A stretch of 64,000 bases of DNA from Dictyostelium discoideum (taxonomy: Eukaryota): NCBI GenBank assembly GCA_000004695.1, contig CM000151.3:2624001-2688000 (forward strand), read 5' to 3'. This document shows positions 40,499 to 54,085 of the stretch, in pieces (the first letter of the stretch is position 1; each line of letters opens with the position of its first letter). Under the pieces are notes generated by a model. That model was not told the DNA's origin and made no database searches. It saw nothing but the letters and a program-made list of their open reading frames with translations. The position numbers and the translations under genes are program-made.

Positions 40499-42049
40499 TG
40501 TTATAGTTTTTATTGTATTATTACTATTTATATTATTATTTATATTATTATTATTATTATTATTAATATTATTAATTTTATTACTCTCTTTTAAATCAAT
40601 AATAAAATGTGGACAAATTACAACTACCATATTTACATAGGCCATTAAAACTGACATTTTAGAAATACTGTTTGATATATGTTTATTCTCTAAATCATAA
40701 ACTTTTGATCTTTCTTCAAATGAATTTAAAAATCTAATTTGATAATCGAACCAATCGAATTCTGGTATTTTTGAAGGTTGTTGTTGTTGTTGTTTTTGTT
40801 GTTGTGGTAAAGTTTTTTGGGGTGAAGTTGTTGTTGTTGTAATTGTTAAATTAATTTTTGAAGTTGGTAATGGTTTATCAATTTGATATTGATTTTCAAT
40901 TCTTTTTAAAAATTGTAAAATTAATTTTCTTTTTTCAGAAGTTTTTGAAAGATTTGTTGATAACATGAATTGATTATCCTTGAAAAGGTAATGATTTTTA
41001 AATACTAAACAAGTTGAAGTCGGTATTGATAGTAAAAGGAATTGATCGATATACTTTTGATGTAATTCAATTTCAAATAATAAAATTGGATCAATTAGTA
41101 CCAACATAAATATATTTATAAATTGATTTTGATATCTCTTTAAAAAATGTTCATTAAATTCTTCATCTTTTAATATCTTTGTAAAACAATAAATTGATAT
41201 TAAAAATATATTATAATCATTTGAAATTTGAAAATTATTATTATTTTTAAATGTTGGTGGTATATTAATATTTAAAAAGTATTGATTAATATCAATTGTA
41301 GTTGTTGTCGTTGTTGTTGTTGTTGGTGGTAAAGTTGTTAATTTAAATTTCCCAATTAAACAATCACCAATACTCTTTATAAAATTAATTGATTGTTTTG
41401 TATAAATTGAATAAAGTTGAACTGTTATTGGATTAAAAAATGATTGATTATTTGATACTATCTTATATCTATTATTATTTTGATTATTATTATTATTTTG
41501 ATTATTTAATAATGATAAATTATTAATTGGATTATTTACAAAAGTTGATACTAATAAATGAATATATTCGATATATTTCTCTTGAACTGATTTTTCAAAT
41601 GATTTAAAATGTCTTTCTAAATTGAATGAGAAATTATTAAAATATTTTGAATCTTTTTTTATAAACCTAATATATTGATGTAAAATAAATTTTGACCATA
41701 ATTCTCTATTAAAATTATTTTTATTATTATTATTATTATTATTATTAATATTTGAAAATAATGATTTCAAATTTTGATTTGGATACATTTTATCAAAAAT
41801 ATTTGTTACAATGATTGTTGTAATATCTTTAATTAATGAAATTAAAATATCTTCAAAAGAAAATAGATATTGAATCATTAAATTCATTACACTGAAAATA
41901 CCATTTAATATTAAATAACCAGCTTGTAAAAGTATAGTTTCTGATCTTGAAAAATCAATTAATAATGTCATTGATTTTATAATTCTTTTTAATTGATCAC
42001 ATGTAGTTGTTGTTGTTGTTGTTGTAGTTGTTGTTGTTGTTACTATTGA

Positions 42050-42127
<78 letters not shown>

Positions 42128-42360
42128 ACCAATACTATCAATACATAAAACTGCAATTGAAATTAAATTTGAAAACCAACATTTAAATGTTGAAATTGGT
42201 GTATCCAATTCTTTAATGACTTGAACAGAAGATGAATTCAATTTACTCTTTTTAAATTGTTGATATAATTCTTCATATGGATTTTTAATTTGTTCAAATG
42301 AAAAACTGTTAAATGCTCTTTTAAATGTTATAATTCTATATACGATTGGTGTTATTTGAC

Positions 42361-42436
<76 letters not shown>

Positions 42437-44140
42437 TAATAATGTTGATACTATACTTGGTGATTCATTATTATATATATTTATCAATTTCTGAATTATA
42501 TTATTGTTATTGTTATTATTGTTATTATTGTTATTTGATTTTGGTGGTGTGGTAGAAGGAGAAGGAGAATTTAATTTTCTTTTATAGTAATTTATTAAAC
42601 ATAAAAATAAACTCGTATTAATTAAATCTAATGATGCTGGTTCAATATTTGATTTTAAATAGAGATCTGAAAAAGAAGAGGAAGATAAAGATGATGGTGA
42701 TGAATAATCTGGTTTAAATAATTCTATAATTTTATTATAAGATGGTGCAGTATCATTAATAGAAGGATTTGATGCTGATTCTTGTAAAAATGATAACAAA
42801 ACTATAAATTTATAAATCTCTTCGAATAGTGTATCTAAACTAATTAATGGTGATGTTATCTCTATATACCTAAATAAAATTACCATTATTTTTGAAAATT
42901 GATTTATTATTGATTCCAAATTATTATTATAATTTTTATTACTATTATTACTATTATTATTATTATTTGTAGTAGTTGTAGTTGTAGTAGTAGTGGCGGT
43001 GGTGAGATTTATTAATATTTGAGTATTTTTTTTAATGAAATTTAAAACTAATTTTGAAATTAAACTCCAATTTTCAAATTTATTTTCAAATTGATAATTT
43101 AAAAGTTTAGAAATTGGTGATATTAAATAATTATTATTATTATTGTTTTGATGATCTTTATTTTTTTGAAATTTTAATAAAGCTTTAGTTATCTCTAAAG
43201 TAATATTCAAGTAATGTATTATTGATTGATTGTATAATTCAAACTTTTTATTCCTATTTTTATTATTTATATATAAATTAAAGTAATCCCAAAATGTTGA
43301 TGTTATTGGTGCTAAATTATCTTGATTATCTTTTTTAAATAATTTTAAAAAGTTGAATATAAATTTTTGAAGATTATATTCATCATCTTCGTTATCTTCT
43401 TCTTCTTCTTCTTCTTCTACTTCTTCATAATCATCATCATTATCATATTTATTTTTATTTCTACTATTTCTACTTTTATAACTAACATTATTATTATTAA
43501 TTGTACCTCCTCTAAAATATTAATTTATTTAAGATTAGTATAGTAAATTAAAATATTATAAAATACACGATAAAAAATCTGATAATGATTTTTTTTTTTT
43601 TTTTTTTTTTTTACCTTTTAAGTGAATCTAATTTTGAAATTGATATTAAGATAATTGATAAAAATGAATCAATTATTGAATCTAATATATTTGAATTATC
43701 ATCATCTAAAATAAAAGTAGTATTATCATAAACTGATATTTTAAATAATTGGGCTAAAATTGAATTAATTAAAAAACTATGATTCAATTGTTTAATTTGG
43801 TCATTTAATAATGTTGATTTTTGACTAATTAAAAATTCTAAAGAATAAACATTCTCTTTTTTTTGTTTTTTTTTTTTTTTTACTATGTTAATAAAATATT
43901 ATTTGATTAAATGAATTTTATTTTATTAAAATTATACATACGTCTTAAATAATGTTTAATTCTATAAATTAAGCAATTAATGAATGTATTATTATAAACA
44001 TTAAGGTATTGATTATTATTATTATTATTATTTGTAAAATAAGTAATTAAATCTTTAAAAAATTTAATAAATTCTTTGGTGGTACCCCCTTTACTATTAA
44101 AATCAAGTACCGTTTCTTCAATTTCATTAAATATATTCAA
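39113..44140 (-). CDS. Very large low-complexity hypothetical protein (~1621 aa, 3 exons), with poly-Asn and poly-Thr tracts
   Basis: Exons are 43942..44140 (MNIFNEIEETVLDFNSKGGTTKEFIKFFKDLITYF..., donor GTATGT), 43615..43882 (donor GTAAAA) and 39113..43511. The acceptor AGs and phases 1/2 are consistent. The ORF-track 1365-aa ORF is the 3' part; it begins at a TTG, not a true start. No recognisable domain. Confidence 0.55.
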
Positions 44141-44191
44141 AAAAAAATTATTTATTTCCTTTGTTTAATAGTTTTGTGAGTGTGAGTAAAA

Positions 44192-44233
<42 letters not shown>

Positions 44234-44312
44234 AGTATTTACATCTTTGGAAATAATTGGGCAAAATCTTAATTTTCTATTTTTATATTGAAAAAGGAAA
44301 ATTATTTTATTG

Positions 44313-44386
<74 letters not shown>

Positions 44387-44725
44387 ATTATTATTATTAT
44401 TATTATTATTTCTATTTAGAAAGTTGTATTCATTATCAATCATTTTCAAAATGAATGAATGAATTTTTTTTTTTTTCTTTTTTTTTTATTATTTTGGCGC
44501 CAAAATTTTTTTTTTTCCAAAATTAAAAAATAATAAAAAACTAATAAAACAACAACAAATTTTAGTTAGTATACAAATCTGCCAATCAAGCCATTAATGG
44601 TACAACTACGTTATGATTGGTACCACTTATGGTTAAAATAAAATTTCGGTGTAATAAAACCAAAAATATTTATTATTTAATTTAATTTTTTTTTATTTAA
44701 TTTAATTTTTAATTGGTGTTTCATC

Positions 44726-47271
44726 TCATCTGTCTTTAAAAGATTTTAAACCACAAATTAATTTATGATCACTTTGCCAATCAACAGTTTGACAATCACG
44801 ATCACAATAGTTTGTTGTACATTTTGAAGTGCAAATTTTACCACAATTTGCGCATAGCGATGGAGTTGTGGGGCCTTGAATGATCCAATCACAATCGTGA
44901 ATTTTTTGATTATCAAATTTAGAACGACATGTTGAAAAGGCAATAAACGAGTATTTACCACCAACTTTCAAGCTTGAAGGATCGATACATTGACCACCTT
45001 CGACAGCGAATCTACATGGGAAACCTTGGACGTCCCATAAGAGTAATTCGATATCATCACCTCTGACCAACGGTTGAGCGGCGAGTGTACTTGGAAAAAA
45101 CATTTTTCAAAGACAGTTCTAATGTCTGGCATTAGATCAGCCAATGGGTTTGTACCACCTTGATCAAATGAAGACTGAGCAACAAGTTTATAATCCTTCA
45201 TTGTGATTCTTGGATTCTCTGGAAACCCCTTTGAGTAGCCACCATACTCTTTATGTCTAATGAGTTTATCATTTTCATGGTCTTTTAATAATTGACGAAA
45301 CTCTTTAATCACTTGAATTTCTCTAGCAGACTTTTTAACCTTTGCTTCTTGAGCGTTTGCAAATACAAATGGTACTTTTTGATCGAGATCAACCTTTACC
45401 TTTCTTCCCATTTAGATGTGGCTTTCTTTGAGAGATTAGCCAAGATTTGACTTGCTTTACTTGAGCCTTTGATTGAAGCAACCTCTAAATATGTTAAACC
45501 TAATTTACCATTTTTAGTGACATTGATACCTTTGCCATGACCATCAATTTGTAAATACAATTTACCCAATTCAAATGTAGCTTGAACTATATTATTTTCA
45601 CCATCATTATATTCCAAAGATTTTTGAAAATTCTCCAATGCTTTTGAAATGGCAGATGATTCAGATGATTTCAATAATAATAATCTACCTAAATTTAAAT
45701 TTGCTTCACCAATACCAGTATTCATTTTATAACCAGTTGACATTGCAATTGATAAGTTTGTAGCTTTTGTATACATTTGCTTTGCCTTTTATAAATTACC
45801 TTGACTACGATAATAATCACCCATGGGTGCAACGAATACATCAGCAAACACCGTTTCATTTAAACCTTTACTTTTGATTAACATTTTCTCAGCATTTTTT
45901 AAATCTTGATAAAAGAATTTACTTGTCTGTGCAGCTGGTTCATATTCCAATGATGGATTCTTATCGAAGTATTCCCTTCTTTGCTTTACATTTACTTTAA
46001 TCAATGCATCACTAACCAAAATCAATTTCAGGCTCTGATATCTCTGCAGCAAGTTTAACAGTATCCATTTCTGGTAAAGTACCCGCCCTTGTCATATTGG
46101 TAAAACGTTATCAGAATCTATCGGCTCGGTAAATGCTGATTTCTGTTTTGTACCCATTACTGACCTGACGCTATCCTTATACTTTTTATTATTTGGCTCA
46201 AGATCCAAAGCTAATTTATAAAAGTAGGCTGCCTTCTTTGATTTTTCCAATAGTGTAAAACACTTTGCAATCACAGCATACCCCTCTGCCCTGCATGGAC
46301 GAATGTAAAGTAATCTTTCAATATCAGATTTCGCAATATTTAAATGCTGTTGCATTCTAGTCTTCACCTTTTCACACCACTGTAACCAACATTTTCCTCT
46401 TGAAAGGTATAGATCAGAAATGAAATTCTCTGTCAAACCTCTATAATCCAATGCTAATGAATTGAATTGCTGCTTGCCCATTACCTGCTTTAATCATTTC
46501 ATCAGCTTGATACTTATATACCATCGCCTCTGCCATTTCATCTAAATGTGGATAAAGTGGTTTCAACTCCAAATCATCTGAATTATCAGTCCATGAATTA
46601 AGTTGTTTAGTCCAATCTGCAACACTCATAGTTTTATCCAATACAAATATACTCTCAACAACTTTAAGTGTAACTAATTTTAAATGATTCCATGAATTGA
46701 ATTGTTCACTATGTTCACAACCTTCATTACATTTTCTTGATTTTTCAGTTGGTTCTTTATCATTATTTGTATCATAAAATCCCTTTATATATATATATAT
46801 ATATGTTAATACTTGTAATTTTATTATTATTATTAATATTATTATTATTATTTTATATTATATTGTATATATGAATATATACCTCATAAAAATGACTACC
46901 ACATGCTAAAATAATTTCATTTTCATTTTCTAATTGACTTGATGGTATATTTTTCCATGGATGACTAACCTAAACATCAACAAATAGATTGAAATCAAAA
47001 TCAGAAGTACGACCAACTGCTAATTTTTTCATCATTAATTCACTTTTAAGATATCTTAATTTTGTATTTTTAATTAAGAATTCACCTCCAACTGGACCCT
47101 CTTTATATTCTGCATAAGTTTTTTCCCATCTTTCATAAAAAATCTTTCTAAAATTTCTGAATGCTCTATCAGATGAGCCAAACCCTTTAAAAAAAAAAAA
47201 GAAAAAAAAAAAAAAAGAAAAAAAATATTTACTCTGTATTTGAATTTATATTTTTCATCAAGACTAACCAT
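44726..47271 (-). pseudogene. Disrupted gene encoding a TPR/Sel1-like repeat protein with a C-terminal MYND zinc finger. It has 2 normal AT-rich introns at the 5' end, then one in-frame TAG and at least five frameshifts.
   Basis: Six successive minus-strand ORFs in different frames overlap each other by 15-40 nt. There is no AT-rich intron between them (44726..45103, 44968..45411, 45396..45776, 45789..46052, 46092..46481, 46441..46641). Sel1/TPR-like segments include YFYKLALDLEPNN and ATFELGKLYLQIDGHGKGINVTKNGKLGLTYLEVASIKG. MYND is CANCGKICTSKCTTNYCDRDCQTVDWQSDHKLIC. The 5' exons are MVSLDEKYKFKYR|GTAAAT.. and GFGSSDRAFRNFRKIFYERWEKTYAEYKEGPVGG...FNLFVDV-TAG-VSHPWKNIPSS.. GC is about 40% compared with about 28-33% in neighbouring exons. 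Pseudogene versus assembly error cannot be decided from the sequence alone. Confidence 0.5.
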
Positions 47272-47645
47272 TTTCTTACTGTTGTTGTAGAATTATATGA
47301 ACAATGAAATTTACAAAAAAAAAAAAAAATTTGTGCTAACTAAAAAAAAAAAATAAAAAAAAATAAAAATAAAATAAAATAAAATTAAAAAAAAACAAAA
47401 ATGGCTAAAATATATAAAATAAACAATTAAATTATATTTTGAACTTCTATTTATAATGGCGAGATTTAAGAAAGATTTTTTTTTTTTTTTTTTATAATTT
47501 TTTTTTTTTTTATTTTTATTTTCATTTTTTTAATTTTTTTTTTTTTTTATTTTTTTATTTTTTATTTGATGGTTTAAACAAATATTCAATCTGAAATTTC
47601 AATAATTAATTTGTTTTGAAAACAAAAAAAAAAAAAAAAAAAAAA

Positions 47646-49138
47646 ATGAACCCAGAAATTTTAGAACATAAAAATGAAGATTGGGAATTCATTAAAATTT
47701 TAGGTTCAGATAAAGAAGTACATAAAAAGAAAAATGGTCCCTTAAATGAGTAAATGTATCACTTTGTGTAATTAAAAAAATTGAAAAAGTATGTAATAAT
47801 AATAACGATAATAATAATAATAGTTTTATGTATTAATTTTTTTATTTTTATTTTATTTTATATTTAGGAATTTTTTTTTTCAATTATTGATATTTTAAAT
47901 AAATTAAAAAATTGTGAATATTCAACAAAATATTATGGATTTGCATATGATAAAAATAATAAATTATATATTTATATGGAATATATTGATGGTGCAATTA
48001 CTATAGAAGAGAAATTAAAACAAATTGAAATTGTTCCACAAGATATTATTATTTTATTAACAATCAAAATAGCAGAAGCATTAAGTAAAATTCATGAAAT
48101 GGGTATTATTCATCGTGATATTGGGGTAGTAATATACTTTTACTTGAAAAAGAGAATAATCAAATTCAAATTAAATTTATTGGTTTTGAAAATGCAATAC
48201 AAATTGAAAACAATTCAAAATATAATTCAAGAGTTGGTACAGCTACACATATGGCACCAGAAGTGAAACTACAAGATGGTAATGCAGGTCGTAAATCTGA
48301 TGTATTCAGTCTAGGTTGTACAATAATTGAAATGGCTGGTGGTGATTTAAATAGTACCATTGGTAGAGACGCCAATGGAATACCACCAATACCAGTACAT
48401 TTATCATCAGAATTAAAAATCATCACCCAAAATTGTTTACATTTTAACCCAAAAACAAGATTTAGTATAGATGATTTAATTTCTCATATTAATAAAGAAA
48501 AAGTTAATAAAGACCATTTCTATTCTCCATTTGGGTATATAATACCATCAAATGTAAAAAGGCTTGAAAAAAGAGATGGTGGTGACCAAACACTTACAAT
48601 TGGATTAATTGGTAATGATATAAACTACCTTTCATTTCCATTTTATAATCAAATGATTCCAGTTGGATCAATTCCATCATCAGTAAAATATCTTTTATTT
48701 AAAAAACTTAATCAAAGGATTGAAGATGGATCAGTGCCAGATTCTGTTGAATATTTAGATTTAGGTGATGAATTTGATATTGTAAACAATGGTATCGATC
48801 TTCCAAATGATAGTATTTCAGTGTTAAGATGTGGTTTTAATTTTCAAACACCAATTCATTTAAGAAATTTACCAAATTCAATAACAGATTTACAATTGTA
48901 TAATTATAATATAAATATATTAAAAAATAGTTTCTCATCAAATGTATCATCACTAACACTTGGTTCCAATTTTAATTCCTTTGGATCCCTTAAAAATCTT
49001 TCAAATTTTAAAAATTTAAAAAGTTTAACATTTAGTTTTGAAGGTGTTGAAAGTCAACAACTTATAACTCAAATAATCAATGATTATATACCAAATAATA
49101 TTATTTCTGTAATTATAAATGGAAAACAAAGAAGATAA
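47646..49138 (+). pseudogene. FNIP-repeat-containing protein kinase (fnk-like) with a frameshift in the catalytic loop; likely a pseudogene
   Basis: Exon 1 is 47646..47749 (MNPEILEHKNEDWEFIKILGSDKEVHKKKNGPLNE, donor GTAAAT). Exon 2 starts at 47869. ...KIHEMGIIHRDI is in frame 0. Then gg occupies 48123-48124. Then GSNILLLEKENNQIQIKFIGFENAIQ...THMAPEVKLQDGNAGRKSDVFSLGCTIIEMAGG is in frame +2. Where HRDIKGSNILL is expected the sequence reads HRDI-GG-GSNILL. The C-terminal half has FNIP-type repeats (IPSSVKYLLF..., DSVEYLDLGDEFD..., LPNSITDLQL...). Confidence 0.55.
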
Positions 49139-49520
49139 TTAATTAAAAAAAATAAAAATTAAAAAAAATAAAAAAAAAATAAAAAATTTGATATTTAAAA
49201 TTTAAACAAACTGTTTTTTTTTTTTTTTTTTTTCTGATAACCCCCATAATTAATAATTCAATTTTTAAAAAAAAATATTTAGATATTTTCCAATATCCTA
49301 AAAAAACAAATTTTATTTTCCAAAAAATCTTTTTTTTTCTCTAAAAATATCTGATTTTATTTTTTTTTTATTTTTTTTTTTGTTTTTTTTTTTTCAAAAT
49401 AATTCGCTGACAAACCATCACCTCTATCATTTTTTTTTTCATTTTAATTTTTTAATTTTTTTTCAATTTTATTTTTTTATATTATATTTAGTATTTAAAC
49501 ATTTAAAAAAAAAAAAAAAA

Positions 49521-49983
49521 ATGCCAAATAAAAAAAGAAATAAAGATTTAAACAACAGTGAAACTGTTCCAGAGGAGACAGGTAAAAGAAAAAGAAAATC
49601 AATTTATGATTTGGAAACAATTATAAAACCAAACCAAAAATCAACATCTGTTCCAATTGTTGAAAGAGAAACACCATTTATATCACAACCACCACCAACT
49701 ACCAATAATGAAATTTCTCAAGCATTTAAAGAAATTTCGAATAATGATGTTACATTCAAAAATGAAGATTTAATAAATATTGAATATTTAAATAATTGTA
49801 ATAAAGCAAGATTGGAATATATTTCAAATACAATTGGAATTCCAGAAAATATAATTAAAAAATGTGATTTTCGTGGTCTAATTAAAAAAATCATTGAAAT
49901 TGGTATTAGTCGTTATCAATTTATAAATCAACAAGAACAAATTAATAATAATAATTATAAAAATAATAATAATAATAATAATA

Positions 49984-50074
<91 letters not shown>

Positions 50075-50654
50075 TAATAAAAATGAAATTTTATTTTGGA
50101 GTGTATGGAGAAATTTAGTATTGAAAAATACAATATTATCAAACTTTTCACCACATCTATCAATTAAATATGATTCTATTGTTATGGTTGATAAAATGAT
50201 AAATAATGATCAATTATCAATGATAAAAGATAAAGTTAATAGAAATCAATTTTTAATATTTAGTAGTGGCTCATTAAAAAAGTTATATTCAGTATTTGGT
50301 AAAGAAGATGAGGAAGGAAATAATGAAAATACTCGATTCTTTTTTAATTTATTTAATAATTATGGTGATAGATATATAATTGATTGGAAATCAAAAGGAA
50401 AATCAAATTTAATTAAATCATTAATAGAGAATAATTCAGTTACAGGAATTTCAACATTAGTCAATAAATTTCAATTTGAAATTAATATAAATGAATCCAT
50501 CACACTTGCAATTTCAACTGGTTGTTCTTTAAAATTATTTAAATATCTTTTTGAATTATTTTTATTTAAAACTACCAATAATTATAATAATAACAATAAT
50601 AATAATATTGAAAATAATAATAGTAATATTGAAAATAATAATAGTAATATTGAA

Positions 50655-50743
<89 letters not shown>

Positions 50744-53171
50744 AAATAAATCTATGGATTTCATTTTATCAATATTTTTATCATCTCCTAATAAAAGTAA
50801 AAAAGAATTAATTAAAACATTTAAAATGATTTTATACTTGATGGAAAGAGAAATAATAAATTTAAGACAATATAAGGATGAAATTTTAAAAAAGATAACA
50901 ACATTATGTCCATTAGTATCATTATTTAGATTAAAAGATTTAATTAAAGTTATTAAAATAATTAATTGGTTTAATAATAATAATGATAATGATAATTCAA
51001 ATTTAATTAATAATGAATATTCAATTTGTCAATTAAATGCAAAACTTGTTGATCCAACAAATTTTAATAAAAAAATAAATAAATTAAATATTAAAGAATT
51101 ATTAAATATTTATTATAGTAATAGAAAACAACTAGATTTTACTTCAAAACAATTCTTTAATTATTATTATGGTGATGATAATGATAATGATGAAAGTAAT
51201 AAGGAATCTCAAAATTATACTCTTTTTGGAAACTTTTTAAATCAAGTTGATAGACAAGAAAGTGATATAGAATTTAAGCTTACTCAACCTTTACAAAATG
51301 GTGATTTACATTTATTTAGTGATTGGTTATATAATTTTAATAATAAATATGATCATGAATTTTTTAAAACATTATTAGATAAAAATCAACTACTTAAAAA
51401 TGAAAATTCAATATTATTTTCAAATTTTAAAAAACAAGAAGATCAAATTAATTTTTTAATTTCTTGTACTTTAGTAATAAAAGAAATTATTAAAACAAAT
51501 GAAAACTCAAATTTCATTACAAATTTTATTGAATCAAATATTTTGTTTTTATTTTTAGTAAAACATGATTCAGTGGAATTATTTAAACATTTCTCAAATC
51601 AATTCTCTCAAAATGAAAAAGAAGTTGTTTTTTGTTTTCATGATGAATCTCAAGATGAAATACTTGATTTCAATATTTGCAAATATATAAATTCTATTGA
51701 AATGTTAGATTTCATTTATCAAGAATTTCATCATCTTTTTATTTATTCAAAGTATCCAAATTTTTTAAATTTTAAAAATTTAAATTTATTAAAACACTTT
51801 GAAAAATTAATAAATTCATCAAAGAAAAATAAACAACTACAACAACAACTACAACAACAACGACAAATTAAAACTCATTATAAAGAAAAACTTTATTTAA
51901 TTAATTTTAAAGGTAGTTTTAAATTAAATTTTGAAACTTTTAAACATATTGTAGAAAATCCTACAATATATAACTATGGTTCAAAAATTTTAACACCAAT
52001 TATTACTGATTTATACCAAGGTAATAATTGTAATGAAGTTGTATGTTTATTTAAACATATATTCAATACAAATATTTTCGATAGTGAAATGAAATCAAGA
52101 ATGCTACAAGTTTCAAACTACTTTTTAGATTCTGACGAAAAACCAATTTTATTATCAAAGTTTTTTGAATGGTTATATGAAAATAAACATTTTACCCCAC
52201 CAAAAGATGTACCATTCATTAAAAAATCAAGTTTTGGTCCAGGTTTCGCTTCATCATCATCGTCACCATTTGGAGGATCTGGTACTAGTAGTACAGTTGG
52301 ATCAAGGTTTGCTAGTTCAACTTCATCATCATCACCATTTGGAGAATCAGGTACTAACAGTACAGTTGGATCAAGATTTGGCAGTTCAACTTCATCACCA
52401 TTAGAAGGATCAGGTACGAGCAGTACAGTTGGATCAAGATTTGGTAGTTCAACTTCATCATCACCATTAGGGGGATCAGGTACCAGCAGTACAGTTGGAT
52501 CAAGATTTGGTAGTTCAACCTCATCATCACCATCAGGAGGATCAGGTTTTAGTAGTAATACAAATGGACCAATATTTGCTAGTTCAAATGTAATTCCAAA
52601 TCCAACAACCATTTTAAATAGTCTTCCAGATATTATTTGCTTTTATTACTTATCAGGTAAACTTGATGAAATCGATGATGAAATCTTTAATTTTAAAAAC
52701 ACCTATTCTGGAGGTAGGGATATGTTTACTTCATTTTTATATAAACTTGCATATTTTATTGGTAAAAGAGGTGATTTGAAAGCATTATCAACTGTTATTA
52801 GCAGAGCAACAGATAATTTAAAACCATTCCCAAATTCAAATGTTCCTGAATATAATGCTGAGTTTAATTGTATCAGAAATTTCATTTATTCAATTTTGGA
52901 AACAGCTGCTTATAATGGTCAAATCCAAATATTCCAATATTTTCAATATCATCATTGTCATGTTTTGCAAGAAAATGCCATCGAATGGTTTAGAGAAGAT
53001 AAACTTTTAAATTTAATTAGAACCTCTTTAAAAAATGATCATATTGAGATTACTCAAATATTATTATCACATCTCTATCTTTCAAAACACAAGTTTTTAA
53101 ATATTTACTTTAATGATAACATTTTTAAAACCAAGATTTCTTATAATTATTTTTGTGAACTATTTAAATAG
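49521..53171 (+). CDS. Large low-complexity hypothetical protein of 1216 aa (M at 49521), with poly-Asn tracts and five C-terminal Ser/Gly-rich repeats (SSPFGGSGTSSTVGSRFGSSTS)
   Basis: Single long ORF. The ORF-track ORF begins earlier without a plausible start. The N-terminal region (...EILFWSVWRNLVLKNTILSNF...) and the C-terminal region (...SLKNDHIEITQILLSHLY...) resemble those of 23848..27990. The -ORF 52118..52612 is the antisense of the SG repeats. Confidence 0.55.
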
Positions 53172-53893
53172 TTTGACAGAAAATATGAAATAAAATAATA
53201 TAAAATAAAATAATATAAAATAAAATAAATAAAATAAATAAAATAAAATAAAATAAAATAAAATAAAATCAAATAAAATCAAATAAATAAAAAAAATAAA
53301 ATTTTAAAATAAAATGATCAATTAATTGAAAGCAATGGGGTTAAATTTTTTTTTTCATTTGTTTATTGTTTATTTTTAGTTACTAGCAAAATGGTTTGCG
53401 TGTTGTGGTATTTCTGAAGTGTGGTCCATGAATGTTCATTTGGGAAAATGGTAATAATATTATAATATTATTATTTTTATTATTATTTTAATTCAAAGTT
53501 TCTCGGAAAAATAAAAATAAAAATTAAATAATGTGTGGCGTTTGTGGGAGTTGAATTTAAAAACAGGAGTAGATTTTATTTTAATTTTAACTTTGCCTAT
53601 CATACACAAACACATTCATACATTGCCTTAACTTATATTGGTTAATTTTACAATTGTAATTGTTTTTTTTTTTTTTATGGGTTTTATTATATTTTTTTTT
53701 TTTTTTATTATTAATAATAAAAAGGTTATTATTTTTTTTTTTTATTTTCTTATTAATAATAAAAAGGAATATTACTTATAATTTAAAAAAGGTAGAAAAA
53801 TAAAACAAGTATACCAGAAAATTTTTAAAAAAAATATATATATTAATAGTTTTTTTAAAAATAAAAGATAAAAAATAAAAAATAATAATAATC

Positions 53894-54085
53894 ATGCTAA
53901 AAGTTTTAATAGCTATTTTAGTGGTAATCTCATTACTTTCAAATTTAAATGCTGTTAATGGACAAAAATTTTATTGTTTTTTAGATTGCATTAAAAAAGA
54001 TAGAAATTGTCGTATGGGAAGATCAGAAGATGCAAATTGTCTTGAATATTTTAAAAAATGTAAAGATGAATGCCATAATAATTAA
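53894..54085 (+). CDS. Putative small secreted cysteine-rich peptide of 63 aa (signal peptide plus 6 Cys)
   Basis: MLKVLIAILVVISLLSNLNAVNG | QKFYCFLDCIKKDRNCRMGRSEDANCLEYFKKCKDECHNN. It has a hydrophobic N-terminus with an AxxG-type cleavage context and coding-like composition in an AT-rich desert. Confidence 0.4.
   Translation: MLKVLIAILVVISLLSNLNAVNGQKFYCFLDCIKKDRNCRMGRSEDANCLEYFKKCKDECHNN

Noticed and set aside
46441-46481. 31-nt GTAATG...TTAG segment that would join two frames of the TPR/MYND gene if spliced
   Set aside because: It is far below the minimum spliceosomal intron length seen in this genome (about 60-70 nt) and is not AT-rich. It is treated as coincidence within a frameshifted region.
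52118-52612. Minus-strand ORF with PDPPNGDDEVELPNLDPTVLLV repeats
   Set aside because: It is the antisense of the Ser/Gly-rich tandem repeats of the + strand gene 49521..53171. It is periodic only because the sense repeat is.
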